DNA of 64,000 bases from Leptospiraceae bacterium (GTDB taxonomy: Bacteria; Spirochaetota; Leptospiria; Leptospirales; Leptonemataceae): NCBI GenBank assembly GCA_040217195.1, contig JAVJNR010000009.1, positions 1-64,000 of the forward strand, given 5' to 3'. The notes beneath the pieces are model-generated. The model was given only the letters and a program-made list of their open reading frames with translations. It did not search any database and was not told the DNA's origin. Below, one piece after another: positions 1 through 10,494 of this stretch; position 1 is the stretch's first letter; every line of letters starts with the position of its first letter. Position numbers and translations under genes: made by a program.

Positions 1-38
1 ACTTTTTTGGACGTATCTTTGCTCGATCCAGGTAATCA

Positions 39-1460
39 ATGTCTTCCCGAAGGGATTTTCGTCTAACAAAAATAATCTGCACCATTGGACCGGCCACTGC
101 CAAGTCAGAAACCATTGCCCGACTTGCCAGAGCCGGGATGAATGTAGCCCGGCTCAACATGTCTCATGGAGACCATGAAAGCCATGGCCAGGTCATCAGG
201 CAGATCAAGAATCTTAACAAGAAACTGAACCATCCGGTGGCCATCCTCATGGATTTGCAGGGTCCGGAGATTCGAACCGGCGAATTGCCGGAAAGCCTTA
301 ACATGAATGTGGGAGATATTTTCACGTTCACGGTAACTCCTGCCACGGATGCTGAAGAGCATACAGTTCATGTAAACTACAGAGATATGGCCCGGGATTT
401 AAGCCCCGGCGATCGTATCACTGTGGACAATGGCCTCATTAACCTGGAAGTTCTTTCTATTGAAGAAGGTCGATTACAGTGCAGGGTGCTGGAAGGCGGT
501 CAGCTGGGATCCAGAAAGCATATCAATCTTCCAGGTGTTCGAGTCAATCTGCCTTCCATTACAGAAAAGGATAAGAAAGATATTCGTTTTGCAGTGGAGA
601 ACGATCTGGATTTTGTAGCGCTGTCTTTTGCGCGACGAGCGGAAGATGTTCTGGAAGCTCGTCAGATCATCGAAGATCTGGAAGGACATGCGCAAATCAT
701 TGCAAAGATCGAAAATCAGGAAGGGGTAGAAAACTTCCGGGAGATTTTGAACGTAGCGGATGGAATCATGATCGCTCGTGGTGATCTGGGTGTGGAAATC
801 GATATCGAGGAATTACCCGTTGTTCAGCGTCAGATGGTGCAGTCCTGTGTTCTTGCCGGGAAGCCAGTCATTGTGGCCACTCATCTTCTGGAATCTATGA
901 TTGAAAATCCCATGCCCACCCGTGCAGAGGCCACCGATGTGGCCAATGCCATCTATGAGCAGGCAGACTGTGTAATGCTTTCCGGGGAAACCGCTACAGG
1001 CAAATATCCAGTAAAATGCGTGCAGATGCTGGATCGAATTGCCAGAAGGATGGAAAAAGAGCCGGGCATCGGTTTTGCCACTCATCGAGTTCCCCTGGAT
1101 ACCAGAGAGGAACTGGCACGCTCTGCGGTGCAGCTTGCAGACTCCATTCATGCACCGGCTATTCTGGTAATTACTCGTCGTGGTATTTTTGCCAGGCAGG
1201 TTGCCAGCTTCAGACCCAGAAGCTCCATTATCTATGCATTCACCAATATGTCTTCTACGCGACGAAAGCTCTGGACTGTGCGTGCTGTGGTCCCTTTCCT
1301 TATGGATTTCTCCAGCGATCCTGAAAAGACCATACAGTCTGCCCTGGAGCGCCTGAGACAGAGAAACCGTGTAATGCCTGGAGATCCTGTGGTTATTGTT
1401 TCGGATGTGGCTGCAGGTATGGAACGTGTAACCAGCATCCAGGTTCGGGCCTTCGGCTAA
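39..1460 (+). CDS. pyk: Pyruvate kinase
   Basis: [54 protein letters not shown] and MLSGETA motifs. Confidence 0.97.
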   Translation: MSSRRDFRLTKIICTIGPATAKSETIARLARAGMNVARLNMSHGDHESHGQVIRQIKNLNKKLNHPVAILMDLQGPEIRTGELPESLNMNVGDIFTFTVTPATDAEEHTVHVNYRDMARDLSPGDRITVDNGLINLEVLSIEEGRLQCRVLEGGQLGSRKHINLPGVRVNLPSITEKDKKDIRFAVENDLDFVALSFARRAEDVLEARQIIEDLEGHAQIIAKIENQEGVENFREILNVADGIMIARGDLGVEIDIEELPVVQRQMVQSCVLAGKPVIVATHLLESMIENPMPTRAEATDVANAIYEQADCVMLSGETATGKYPVKCVQMLDRIARRMEKEPGIGFATHRVPLDTREELARSAVQLADSIHAPAILVITRRGIFARQVASFRPRSSIIYAFTNMSSTRRKLWTVRAVVPFLMDFSSDPEKTIQSALERLRQRNRVMPGDPVVIVSDVAAGMERVTSIQVRAFG

Positions 1461-1484
1461 TTCGCTATCCAATCGTAATTATCT

Positions 1485-1507
1485 CCGGGACTGCGTAGCG
1501 GTTCCGG
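1485..1507. terminator. Hairpin between convergent pyk and DUF1574 gene
   Basis: CCGGGACTGC-GTA-GCGGTTCCGG, 10-bp stem with G-U pairs; no U-tract. Confidence 0.35.
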
Positions 1508-1586
1508 GACCCAGGCAAGTGGTGGATGTAGCCTTTCTGTAGAGTTTGCAGGCATACAATCGAAGCTGGCGGATTATTTCGATCTG

Positions 1587-2780
1587 TCAGGGTCGGGAAT
1601 CTCTTTGCATCATCTCAGCCAGTGGGGCGAAGATCAAGGCACTGAGTTCATCGAAGCAGGCACCACTCAAATGGGTGGAATCAACAAAGGCCCTGCATTT
1701 CAGTGGCTGCCACATTTCAGATCCGGCCAGATACATCTGGCCTCCTTTTTCTACTTCGGCATCGATTACCTGTTGCATTCCTCTGCGATGGAATTCTAAC
1801 AGATTTTCTTTCCCATCCGGTCCCTTGATCTGCAGTTTTTCCAGCTTCTTTTGCAGAACCGGCGAAACGATGGGCCAGTAAACCATTACTGGAATCCCTT
1901 CCTGGCGTAGCCGGGCCATTGCCAGCTTGAAAAATTGAATCTGCGTAAGTGCTGGTCCCGGTTTTTCCGGCTGGCTAAAATGAAGATTGAAGACAGACTC
2001 TGCATCCTCTTCCATGCGACTTGCATCTATCTGGAAGAAGATAGGGTTTGGGATGCCTCCGTTTTTTTCTTTGATGGCTGTAAGGGTTAGTTTTCGCATC
2101 TCTTTGCGAAAATCGTACTTTGGCCGAACTATGACCTGACCTTCCTCTATGTAGGTTACCTCATCCAGATTTTCCTGGATTTCAGATACATCCACCGGAA
2201 AGCGATACATTGCAAAGGCACGTTTTAGAAAGAATATTTCTGCCTCATCAAAGCTCAATCCTGCATCTTTAGTATCATAAATGAAGAATGGTTCATCTCT
2301 ATCCAGGTCAAGGTGCTGAATTACAAAGGAAGGATCCAGAGAGTAGGACAATGTATAGTGCATGGATTTATCACTGAGCAGCAACGGATCCAGTTCCAGC
2401 ATTACGTATGCCGGCCGGATCCCCGCTTTCAGGATCTTGTCCAGAAAATAGTAATGAAAAAGGGGCGAGCCCATGGGAGTGGAAAAGTTGTAGCTTTCCG
2501 TTCCAGGCACATAGCGAGCGATTACTTCATTGGAGAACTCGGCAGACCTGGAAGAGCCCAGGATGATTCCAGGCTGTAATCCTTCTTTCTGCAGTTGTGG
2601 TAGATCGTTTTTCAGTTCCTCCAGAAGATCGAATCGGCTTTCATAGATCAAAGGTTCAATCTTATCCCAGGGTATTACGATTTCCCTCACTGATGGTATA
2701 AGTATAATCTTATCCACACAGAAAGCAATTGAGATCAGTACCAGAGGCCAGATCAAAAAGGGACGTTTTTTCCATTCCAT
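1587..2780 (-). CDS. DUF1574-like SGNH-fold membrane-anchored protein (MBOAT partner)
   Basis: N-terminal TM helix, ILGSSRS (block I Ser), YNFS, C-terminal DSTHLS (D-x-x-H); downstream of MBOAT. Confidence 0.75.
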   Translation of the reverse strand: MEWKKRPFLIWPLVLISIAFCVDKIILIPSVREIVIPWDKIEPLIYESRFDLLEELKNDLPQLQKEGLQPGIILGSSRSAEFSNEVIARYVPGTESYNFSTPMGSPLFHYYFLDKILKAGIRPAYVMLELDPLLLSDKSMHYTLSYSLDPSFVIQHLDLDRDEPFFIYDTKDAGLSFDEAEIFFLKRAFAMYRFPVDVSEIQENLDEVTYIEEGQVIVRPKYDFRKEMRKLTLTAIKEKNGGIPNPIFFQIDASRMEEDAESVFNLHFSQPEKPGPALTQIQFFKLAMARLRQEGIPVMVYWPIVSPVLQKKLEKLQIKGPDGKENLLEFHRRGMQQVIDAEVEKGGQMYLAGSEMWQPLKCRAFVDSTHLSGACFDELSALIFAPLAEMMQRDSRP

Positions 2781-2797
2781 ATCTTCTTACCTCCTGC

Positions 2798-4261
2798 CTA
2801 GAACTGAAAATAGATAAAGTCTCCGCTACCCGGCGCATACAGCCCCAGAATCCAGATTACCAGGAGTCCGGAGATTAAGAGCAATGGATAGGAAACAGAT
2901 GGCCTTTCTTCAAAATATCGAAGTCGGCCCGGGGTGTACTGATACCAGTTCAGTCCCATGGTGACTACAAATAGTCCCAAAATCATCTCAACATTGGTGC
3001 CCTTACCCTCCGATGCCAGAGAGAAAATCTGAACGAACATAGCCCAGCTTTGCTCAATGCCGGGAGCATTAAAGAATACAACGCCAATCAAAAACAGAAA
3101 AAATACGAAACTGGTTTTAGCGATAACTGTAGTGTAGCGGTAGTAAGCGGGAACGTCTCCATTGTCCTTTTCAAATACACTTCGAATAGATTTTCCTACC
3201 GGAGTCAGGTAGCGTTCGAATATAAGAGCTACTCCATGCATGAAGCCCCAGAGGATGTAGGTGTAATTTGCACCATGCCAGAGTCCACTCAGGGTAAACG
3301 TTAGAACCAGGTTGAAATCCGCGCGAACTCGGCTGGTTCTGGAGCCACCCAGAGGGATATAGAGATAGTCCCTCATCCAGGTGGATAGTGTAGAGTGCCA
3401 TCGCTGCCACAGTTCTTTCACTGTTGGGGCAAGGTACGGACCATAAAAGTTTTCCGGAAGCTTGAGACCAAACATGTATCCAAAGCCCCGGGCCAGGTCT
3501 GTGTATCCGGAAAAATCGCAATAAACTTGAGCGGCAAATCCTATGGTTGCCAGGACATTGGTCCAGCCATCGTAAGCTTCTGGATTGGCAAATATAGGTT
3601 TTACTACGCCTACAATGTTGTCTGCGATGGCCACTTTCTTGATAAGGCCAATCTGAATCAGAGTCATTCCTCGAATCAGGAACTTGGAAGACATCTGATC
3701 CCTGTCCAGTTGCGGGAAAAAATCCCCGTGACGCATGATGGGTCCTGCCACCAGCTGCGGGAAGAACAGTATGAAGACAAAGAACTCTATGAATCCGTGC
3801 TCCGCCGGGATCTGATTTCGATATTCATCGATTAAATAGGCACTAATCTGAAACGTATAAAAGCTAATCGCAAGAGGTAGAACGATGGATGTTTCGCCCA
3901 CCCAGTCATAAAGGGCTCGATTGAAAATATCAGTCTGGAAGGCAGCTACACCGGTAATGTCAAAAAGGATTCGTAGAAAGAAGTAGAAATACTTGAGCAA
4001 AAACAGGTTGCTGAAATTGATTAGAAGTGCAATCGTTAGATAGAGCTTTCGCCTGGGACCTGCCGGACGAATTAACCGGGTAAAGCCAAAGTTGATCAAT
4101 ACGATGGCTACAAAATGCAAAAGGAATCCAGGGGACCACGCACCATAGAATACCATGGAAGCTGCACCCAGTAGCCACAATCGGCTCCGGCCCCGCATGC
4201 TCCAGTAGAGCAGATAGACCAGTACAAAAAAGAGCAGAAAGGTAAGTGTAGTAAATCGCAT
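2798..4261 (-). CDS. MBOAT family O-acyltransferase (AlgI/PatA/DltB-like)
   Basis: LPLAISFYTFQ, FFPQLVAGPI, DFSGYTD, WQRWHSTLS, YLYIPLGG, GLWHGA (catalytic His), C-terminal FIYFQF. Confidence 0.95.
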   Translation of the reverse strand: MRFTTLTFLLFFVLVYLLYWSMRGRSRLWLLGAASMVFYGAWSPGFLLHFVAIVLINFGFTRLIRPAGPRRKLYLTIALLINFSNLFLLKYFYFFLRILFDITGVAAFQTDIFNRALYDWVGETSIVLPLAISFYTFQISAYLIDEYRNQIPAEHGFIEFFVFILFFPQLVAGPIMRHGDFFPQLDRDQMSSKFLIRGMTLIQIGLIKKVAIADNIVGVVKPIFANPEAYDGWTNVLATIGFAAQVYCDFSGYTDLARGFGYMFGLKLPENFYGPYLAPTVKELWQRWHSTLSTWMRDYLYIPLGGSRTSRVRADFNLVLTFTLSGLWHGANYTYILWGFMHGVALIFERYLTPVGKSIRSVFEKDNGDVPAYYRYTTVIAKTSFVFFLFLIGVVFFNAPGIEQSWAMFVQIFSLASEGKGTNVEMILGLFVVTMGLNWYQYTPGRLRYFEERPSVSYPLLLISGLLVIWILGLYAPGSGDFIYFQF

Positions 4262-4262
4262 C

Positions 4263-5420
4263 TCAGTTCTGCTGGCCGAGTATTTTCGGTTTCAGTTCTC
4301 GCAGTCGATCAGCCAGAAGGTAGGTAAACTCTTCCGAGCCATATTTGTTCAAATGAAGTATGTCATAGAAATAGGTGGCATTCTCTGGTCCGTCCAGGGC
4401 ATCTCGCATATCCACTACCTGGGCCTGGCCTCCATGAATTTTCTGTAGATTGGAAACCCATAGATCCATGGGATCCGGATTTTCTCTAACCGGCATCATA
4501 TCGCTGTAGGGCGCAAATAGGGTAACCACCTGAACATCGTCTTTACGTATCTCACCATGCATTAGCGACAGACGATGAAAGAATAGATTTGTCCATTCTG
4601 GAGCCCCGGGATCATCTACCGGAATGCGACTTGCCAGGGAGCAGGTATCGATGGCTGCCTGTCGATGATGTCGATCAGAGAGGGATTTTCCATCTTTTTG
4701 AGGCAGAGTTCCGGTCTTCGCATACTTAAGGGCGCTCTCCAGGCATTCTTTTCGGGTTTCTCCGTAGGCCGCCAGGGAATATTCATATTCGTTGATATGC
4801 GGATAATCTCTGGATGCACTTCTCCATTTTCGGCCCAGATCCTTCACTCGATCCAGAGGGCTTAGAGTTAAATCCCTCAGGTCCTGCTTATAGGTGAGAG
4901 TCCTGAATAAAAAGAATGCATAATCTGAAACTGTTAGATCAAAACGATAGTTGCCCAGCATGGGCAGCACCTGGCGCCGGGGAAACTGGGCCAGCATGAT
5001 TTTATTGGCCGGCTCCAACTTGTACCTTGCCTGCCATGGAAAATAGATTTCAGCCACATGGATCACAGCCTTTAGCTCTGGCAAATCATCCCGAATATCT
5101 CTATAGATTGCATGCTGGGTTTCCAGCATGGCTCCCTGACTGGCTCCGTTTTGTACCACTATGCCGTCATCTTCCAGAAGCTTGTTCAGTAGCGGCATGT
5201 TCACGCCCTGGTAGGCCACCGAAGTTCCCAGGATGAGAACATTGGGTTCCACCGGGGAGGTTTTCATTGTTTCGGTGATTCGATTTACATTTTCCGCATA
5301 GGAATTGGGTTCCAGAAGCTTGCGGTAGAGAGGACTTTGAAGAAGTAATTCCAGGCCCAGAAGGAAGAGCACCGGAACATAAAATACCGGATCCTTGAGG
5401 AATTTCTTGAGCTCCGTCAT
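4263..5420 (-). CDS. SGNH-like membrane-anchored protein (DUF1574/DltD-like)
   Basis: N-terminal TM, ILGTSVA, C-terminal FYDILHLN; 1 nt gap to MBOAT start. Confidence 0.65.
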   Translation of the reverse strand: MTELKKFLKDPVFYVPVLFLLGLELLLQSPLYRKLLEPNSYAENVNRITETMKTSPVEPNVLILGTSVAYQGVNMPLLNKLLEDDGIVVQNGASQGAMLETQHAIYRDIRDDLPELKAVIHVAEIYFPWQARYKLEPANKIMLAQFPRRQVLPMLGNYRFDLTVSDYAFFLFRTLTYKQDLRDLTLSPLDRVKDLGRKWRSASRDYPHINEYEYSLAAYGETRKECLESALKYAKTGTLPQKDGKSLSDRHHRQAAIDTCSLASRIPVDDPGAPEWTNLFFHRLSLMHGEIRKDDVQVVTLFAPYSDMMPVRENPDPMDLWVSNLQKIHGGQAQVVDMRDALDGPENATYFYDILHLNKYGSEEFTYLLADRLRELKPKILGQQN

Positions 5421-5510
5421 AGGGAAGTCTCCATAAAGGTAGTTCCCCCCAGGCTGTCAAGCAGCGGAATATGCTTGCCGGGGTCGGCCGGAGGATTCAT
5501 GGAAACATAG

Positions 5511-6593
5511 ATGAAGGATCGCAGGATCTTACTATTCCCGGTAATTGTACTTCTGGGCGCTTTTCTCCTGGATAAGCTATTTTTTATTGGTGATCTGGAG
5601 CATTACTTCCTCACCACCGCATCATTCAAGAATTATGAGCATAAGCTGGAAATGCTGGATGAGCTGGAGCAGTATCTGCAAAAGAAAGATCGAAAGAAGG
5701 TGATGGTGCTTCTGGGAAATTCCAGAACCATGCCTTTCTCGAACGAATACATTGCCAGCCAGTATCCTGAATGGATTTTATTCAATTTTTCCGTACCTGG
5801 CGGAACGGCGGATTATTACCTGTACATCCTGGAGCAATTCCAGGCTCGTCAATTGAAACCGGATCATGCATTTCTGGCTGTCACGCCTCAGGGTATGAAT
5901 CAATCTGCCAGGGTATCCCTGGATGAGGTGATGATTACAGGTTTACCCCCTGGATTTGTGGTTCGACATGCATCCAATTACTCTTTGAACGATTTGAGTA
6001 ATTACGTGGCCAAAAAGCTTTTTCTGGTTTATCAGTACAGGCCCAAACTGTGGGTCATTCAGGATCGCATGGAAGAAGGTCATCTGGAGCACTTTCGAAA
6101 ATTCCTGGGGCTACTGGAAGATGCGCTGCGAAAAGAAAGAGGTAGTGTTCCGGTAAAAGCGGAAGAAGGGGTGGTGGATTCAGAGGAAAGAATGGAGATC
6201 TATGCCCGTTCTATCTGGAAGGATTTCTTCGTTCCGTTTGAACTTTCAAAAGATCAGGTATTTTTCACCAGGCGTTGCCTGGAAATTTTGAATGAACTGG
6301 ATGTTAGATCGGATCTGGTCTGGGTGCGAGTGAGCGAGAATCTAAGGGTTCGAATTGACCAGGAGCCGGCCAATGTGGAGCTCCGGCACAAGGATCCTCC
6401 TAAGACTGTTCGAGAACTCTGGGAGCCGACCATGAAGCAGCTGGGCCATTCACAGCGGGCTCGTTTCCTGGATATGAACTTTGCTTCGGAATTTCCATGC
6501 GATCAGTTTACCGATGCAAGCCATCTTTCAGCTGCCTGTTTCGATGAATTCACAGACTACTTGATGGAAAATGTCCAGAATTCACCGAATTAG
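5511..6593 (+). CDS. DUF1574-like SGNH-fold protein, paralog of 1587..2780
   Basis: N-terminal TM ending LDK, LLGNSRT, FNFSVPG, FTDASHLSAACFDE (compare FVDSTHLSGACFDE). Confidence 0.75.
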   Translation: MKDRRILLFPVIVLLGAFLLDKLFFIGDLEHYFLTTASFKNYEHKLEMLDELEQYLQKKDRKKVMVLLGNSRTMPFSNEYIASQYPEWILFNFSVPGGTADYYLYILEQFQARQLKPDHAFLAVTPQGMNQSARVSLDEVMITGLPPGFVVRHASNYSLNDLSNYVAKKLFLVYQYRPKLWVIQDRMEEGHLEHFRKFLGLLEDALRKERGSVPVKAEEGVVDSEERMEIYARSIWKDFFVPFELSKDQVFFTRRCLEILNELDVRSDLVWVRVSENLRVRIDQEPANVELRHKDPPKTVRELWEPTMKQLGHSQRARFLDMNFASEFPCDQFTDASHLSAACFDEFTDYLMENVQNSPN

Positions 6594-6652
6594 AGAGCGG
6601 CGTGAAAAATGAAACTACTGAAGGTTTCGACGAATTCGGAGAATATAGATTT

Positions 6653-6910
6653 ATGCGAATAAAAAATGCACTAATTGTTATCATTTGCCTGGCTTTGATG
6701 CTCGGTGCCTGTAAATCCGGTGAGGATTCCCAGGGCCTTCCCGATGAACGAGATGCCTGCGGAGAATGCCTGGATATGCCCACTGGCGAGGTTTGCACGG
6801 AACAGGGGGACACTCTGAGAAATAGCTGCCTGGCTATTTGCCGTGGATACAAGATTCAGTGTTTTCAGGGCTGCCCCTGTCCCAAAAAAGAAGATAAAGA
6901 AAACAAATGA
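6653..6910 (+). CDS. Small lipoprotein with Kazal-like Cys-rich domain
   Basis: ATG 6653 gives a signal peptide with lipobox LGA-C; EVCTEQGDTLRNSCLAICRG...GC resembles the Kazal consensus PVCGxDGxTYxNxCxAxCxG...GxC. Confidence 0.65.
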   Translation: MRIKNALIVIICLALMLGACKSGEDSQGLPDERDACGECLDMPTGEVCTEQGDTLRNSCLAICRGYKIQCFQGCPCPKKEDKENK

Positions 6911-7013
6911 CCTGGCTGCCTGGAAGTGGCTGGCATTGAGTGTATGGACCGGAATTGCCGGCTCCATGAAATAAGCATATATTTTAGGAAAGGTTAAGCA
7001 CAGGAGGATTATT

Positions 7014-8864
7014 GTGGCAACAATGGAAAAGGGTCGATTATCGGTTCATACGGAGAACATCCTTCCAGTAATCAAGAAATGGCTCTATTCTGAAAAGGAA
7101 ATCTTTATTCGGGAGCTGGTCTCAAACGCTCATGATGCCATCGAAAAGGTAAAAAAGGTGGCACTTACCGAGGAGGTCTACCAGAGCGAAGACGATGATT
7201 ATGCAATTGATCTGAAGCTGGATCGAGAAAATGGGATCTTAATAATCGAAGACAATGGCATAGGAATGACTGCCGATGAAGTGCGCGAATACATTGCCAG
7301 TATTGCATTTTCGGGCGCAGAGAAGTTTGCAGAGAAATACCTGAAAGATGGGGATTCGGGCATCATAGGTCACTTTGGTCTGGGTTTTTACAGCTGCTTC
7401 ATGGTGAGCAAACAGGTAGAGATCGAAACCAGAAGCTGTCAAATAGATGGGCAGCCCGTTCGCTGGGTATCCGATGGCGGCGAAGAGTATGAAATCGGTC
7501 AGGGATCGAGGGAGAAACGAGGAACTGAAATCAGGCTGCATCTAAACGATGAAGATTCTAAAGAATTCACCGAGCTCGGTAGAGTGTCTGAACTGGTCAG
7601 ACGGTACCTGGACTTTCTTTCTGTACCCATTCGAATTGATGGTGCTCAGGTTAATCGTCAAAAGCCACTATGGACTCAGCAGCCAGCTTCTTTAAAGAAA
7701 GAGGATTACGAGGAATTCTATAAGTATCTTTTCCCTCATCAGGGAGAACCTCTATTCCATATTCACTTGAATGTGGACCATCCATTCCGACTGCAGGGTA
7801 TTCTATATTTCCCGCGACTGGCCCATGAGATGGATCTAAACAAAAGCAATGTTAAGATCTACTGCCAGCAAGTATTCGTAACAGACCAGGCTCAGGAACT
7901 TATACCTCAATTCCTGACGGTGCTACAGGGAGTTATTGATCTGCCGGAATTGCCTCTGAATGTCAGTCGATCGTACATTCAAAATGAGCCGGTGGTTCGA
8001 AAGATTGCTTCGCATATCATCAAGAAGGTGGCCGATCGCCTGGTGCAGGAATGCAAGAATAACCGTGAAGAATATGAAAAGATCTGGAATGAGATCGCCC
8101 CCTTTGTTAAGTACGGAATGCTCAGCGATGAACGTTTCTATGATCAGGCACGGGATTCACTTCTTCTGGAAGTCCTGGGCTCTGAGTCCAATCGCCTGGT
8201 AACGATTGAGCAATATCTGGCCCAGAGCAAGGATCCGGAAGGTCAGAAGATCTATTATGTTTCCGATCTGCAAACCCAGGGCCAGGCACTGCGAATGCTA
8301 CAGAAGCAGGGCATAGAGGTTGTGCATCTGGGCACAATGATTGATAATCATTTTACAGGACTTCTGGAAGCGAAACGGGGCGATGTAAAATTCGTTCGAG
8401 TGGATGCAGAACTCCATGAACATGCTGTGGATAAGGATGCAGATTCCAGCATCGTGGATGAGCAGAGCCGGGATTTGAAATCCAGGCTCCAGGATCTATT
8501 CAAACAGGCCGTGGCCAACGATAAAATTACCGTTCGTGCCGAGGCTCTAAAATCCGATGAGATTCCGGCCATGATCTTACTGCCCGAACATCTCCGTCGA
8601 ATGGCCGAAATATCGGCCATGTGGGGCGAAAAGGAAAATCCCTTCGCAGGCGAGCATACCTTGCTCGTAAATACCCGCAATCCATTGATTCAGAAACTGG
8701 GTGGTCCAGGAATCCTTGGTTCCGATGGTTCCGCAGATAGCAAAAAGAGTAAAGTGGCCCGGCAGGTGTATCATCTGGCCAGGCTGGCCCAGGGCGCTGC
8801 CAGCCCCGCCGATATGGAAAAGTACGCGCAGGAGATATTTTCTCTCTTGCAGGAAATGGTGTAG
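7014..8864 (+). CDS. htpG: Hsp90 chaperone HtpG
   Basis: LYSEKEIFIRELVSNA, DNGIGM, IGHFGLGFYS, LPLNVSRS; GTG start with AGGAGG SD. Confidence 0.97.
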   Translation: MATMEKGRLSVHTENILPVIKKWLYSEKEIFIRELVSNAHDAIEKVKKVALTEEVYQSEDDDYAIDLKLDRENGILIIEDNGIGMTADEVREYIASIAFSGAEKFAEKYLKDGDSGIIGHFGLGFYSCFMVSKQVEIETRSCQIDGQPVRWVSDGGEEYEIGQGSREKRGTEIRLHLNDEDSKEFTELGRVSELVRRYLDFLSVPIRIDGAQVNRQKPLWTQQPASLKKEDYEEFYKYLFPHQGEPLFHIHLNVDHPFRLQGILYFPRLAHEMDLNKSNVKIYCQQVFVTDQAQELIPQFLTVLQGVIDLPELPLNVSRSYIQNEPVVRKIASHIIKKVADRLVQECKNNREEYEKIWNEIAPFVKYGMLSDERFYDQARDSLLLEVLGSESNRLVTIEQYLAQSKDPEGQKIYYVSDLQTQGQALRMLQKQGIEVVHLGTMIDNHFTGLLEAKRGDVKFVRVDAELHEHAVDKDADSSIVDEQSRDLKSRLQDLFKQAVANDKITVRAEALKSDEIPAMILLPEHLRRMAEISAMWGEKENPFAGEHTLLVNTRNPLIQKLGGPGILGSDGSADSKKSKVARQVYHLARLAQGAASPADMEKYAQEIFSLLQEMV

Positions 8865-8960
8865 AATCAGTCTAATACAGAAAGACCGAGCCAGATTCTC
8901 TGGATAGAAGTCCGACGAAACAATGCCAGATGGCACAGTAAAAGTATTCAGGAGTTTAGA

Positions 8961-9725
8961 ATGAACCGAATGAAACGCGCTTTAATGAGTGTGACTGGAG
9001 CGCTATTGATATTCTCCTGCGCATCCCTTCCTCTAGTTGACGATGCACAGATGAATGAGATGGGAACGGAGGCTTTTGAGGAGATCAAGAGCAAAGAGCA
9101 GATCGAAACCTCGGCCTATCTCAACAAATATGTCAAATGTGTAGCTAACAAGATCCTGGATGTAACTCAGGATAATACCGGCGTAAAGGAATGGGAAATC
9201 GTGGTATTTCGCAACAATGCAGTAAACGCTTTCGCATTGCCCGGTGGAAAGATCGGTGTATATACAGGCTTACTCGGAGTGGCCAAGAATCAACACCAGC
9301 TTGCAGCCGTAATCGGCCATGAAGTGGGCCATGTAATCGAACAGCACGGAAAGGCCAGGGTGCAGACTGCCATGGTAACCGAAGGGCTGCTTTCTGTGGT
9401 TCAAGGAGCTTCGGACAATCCTATGGTAGCCCAGGCTCTGGGCCTGGGTGCTCAGTACGGGGTGATGCTTCCGTTTTCTCGCTCCCATGAAACCGAAGCG
9501 GATGAAGTAGGGCTGAAGCTAATGTCCATGGCCGGGTTTGATCCGCAGGAGTCTGTGAAGCTGTGGCAGAATATGGCTGCCGCTGGCGGAGGTAAACCGC
9601 CGGAACTTCTTTCCACCCATCCTTCCGATTCGACGCGAATTAAGGATCTACAATCCAATATGGCCGATGCTCTGGCACTTCGTCAGGCCGCTCAAAGCCA
9701 GGGACGCAATCCCAGCTGTCAGTAA
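8961..9725 (+). CDS. M48 family zinc metallopeptidase lipoprotein
   Basis: Lipobox IFS-C, NAFALPGG, HEVGH, SRSHETEAD, LSTHP. Confidence 0.93.
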   Translation: MNRMKRALMSVTGALLIFSCASLPLVDDAQMNEMGTEAFEEIKSKEQIETSAYLNKYVKCVANKILDVTQDNTGVKEWEIVVFRNNAVNAFALPGGKIGVYTGLLGVAKNQHQLAAVIGHEVGHVIEQHGKARVQTAMVTEGLLSVVQGASDNPMVAQALGLGAQYGVMLPFSRSHETEADEVGLKLMSMAGFDPQESVKLWQNMAAAGGGKPPELLSTHPSDSTRIKDLQSNMADALALRQAAQSQGRNPSCQ

Positions 9726-9741
9726 AATGACTCACAGGTTT

Positions 9742-9775
9742 CATCCTGCATTCACCATTTCGGTGAATCGGGATG
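9742..9775. terminator. Long hairpin between convergent M48 gene and aroK
   Basis: CATCCTG-C-ATTCACC-ATTTC-GGTGAAT-CGGGATG; a second inverted repeat CCATTGG/CCAATGG lies at 9779-9808. Confidence 0.5.
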
Positions 9776-9863
9776 GGACCATTGGCCTTATCCCGGCCTA
9801 ACCAATGGATGCCCCTTTAGGCTCTCATCATTTGATTTTATATGCAACCCGCAGCTTTGTGTT

Positions 9864-10439
9864 TCAGGGATGTGCGGTGGAAAAATCAGCAAGTACGGGA
9901 TCGCTCAGGATCATAGGAATTAGATTCTTGGTTCCCAGATGTTTCGCATCCAGGATGACATCGGCCGATTTCTCATACCAGGGCATTCTGCGATTCAGCA
10001 AAGCTTCGTAGGACTCTCCACCCAGATCTGGCCTGGATGCAGAGGGCTCAGCTTTTTCCAGCAGCCAGCTCATGGGCCGCTTTAGATAGATTACAATACA
10101 GTGTTCCTTTAATAGCCCGGCTTTTCGCTGCGAAAAGGTTTCCGGTTCATTTTCCTGAAGTGGGGCCTCTACCAGAATACCACCGCCGCAGTCGATGATG
10201 GCTCCATCCATATTGCAGATTTGCTGCAGGATTTCGTACTCTCTCTGGCGAAAGCCGGCCCATCCTTCCTCGGTAACGATTTGCTGCACTGTCTTGCCAT
10301 CGGCAACAAAGGAGATCTGAGTATCAGTAGAAAAGACCGGTCGTGCCAGCTTTTTACCCAGTTTGCGCGACAATCTGGATTTACCGGCACCTCTGGCGCC
10401 TATGAGTGCGATTGATTTTTGTTTTTCAGAGGGAAGCAT
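9864..10439 (-). CDS. aroK: Shikimate kinase
   Basis: IALIGARGAGKS P-loop, GWAGFRQRE, IIDCGGG, RP lid, RMPWY. Confidence 0.9.
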   Translation of the reverse strand: MLPSEKQKSIALIGARGAGKSRLSRKLGKKLARPVFSTDTQISFVADGKTVQQIVTEEGWAGFRQREYEILQQICNMDGAIIDCGGGILVEAPLQENEPETFSQRKAGLLKEHCIVIYLKRPMSWLLEKAEPSASRPDLGGESYEALLNRRMPWYEKSADVILDAKHLGTKNLIPMILSDPVLADFSTAHP

Positions 10440-10494
10440 TGCAATTATCTTTCCTGTGCCCGGCTGAAGGCCCGTTGCTCAATTAACAAAGGTC

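Noticed and set aside
813..1472. Long antisense ORFs (e.g. 813-1472, 12623-13288, 29223-29822, 36336-37100)
   Set aside because: Shadows of well-supported genes with no recognisable motifs
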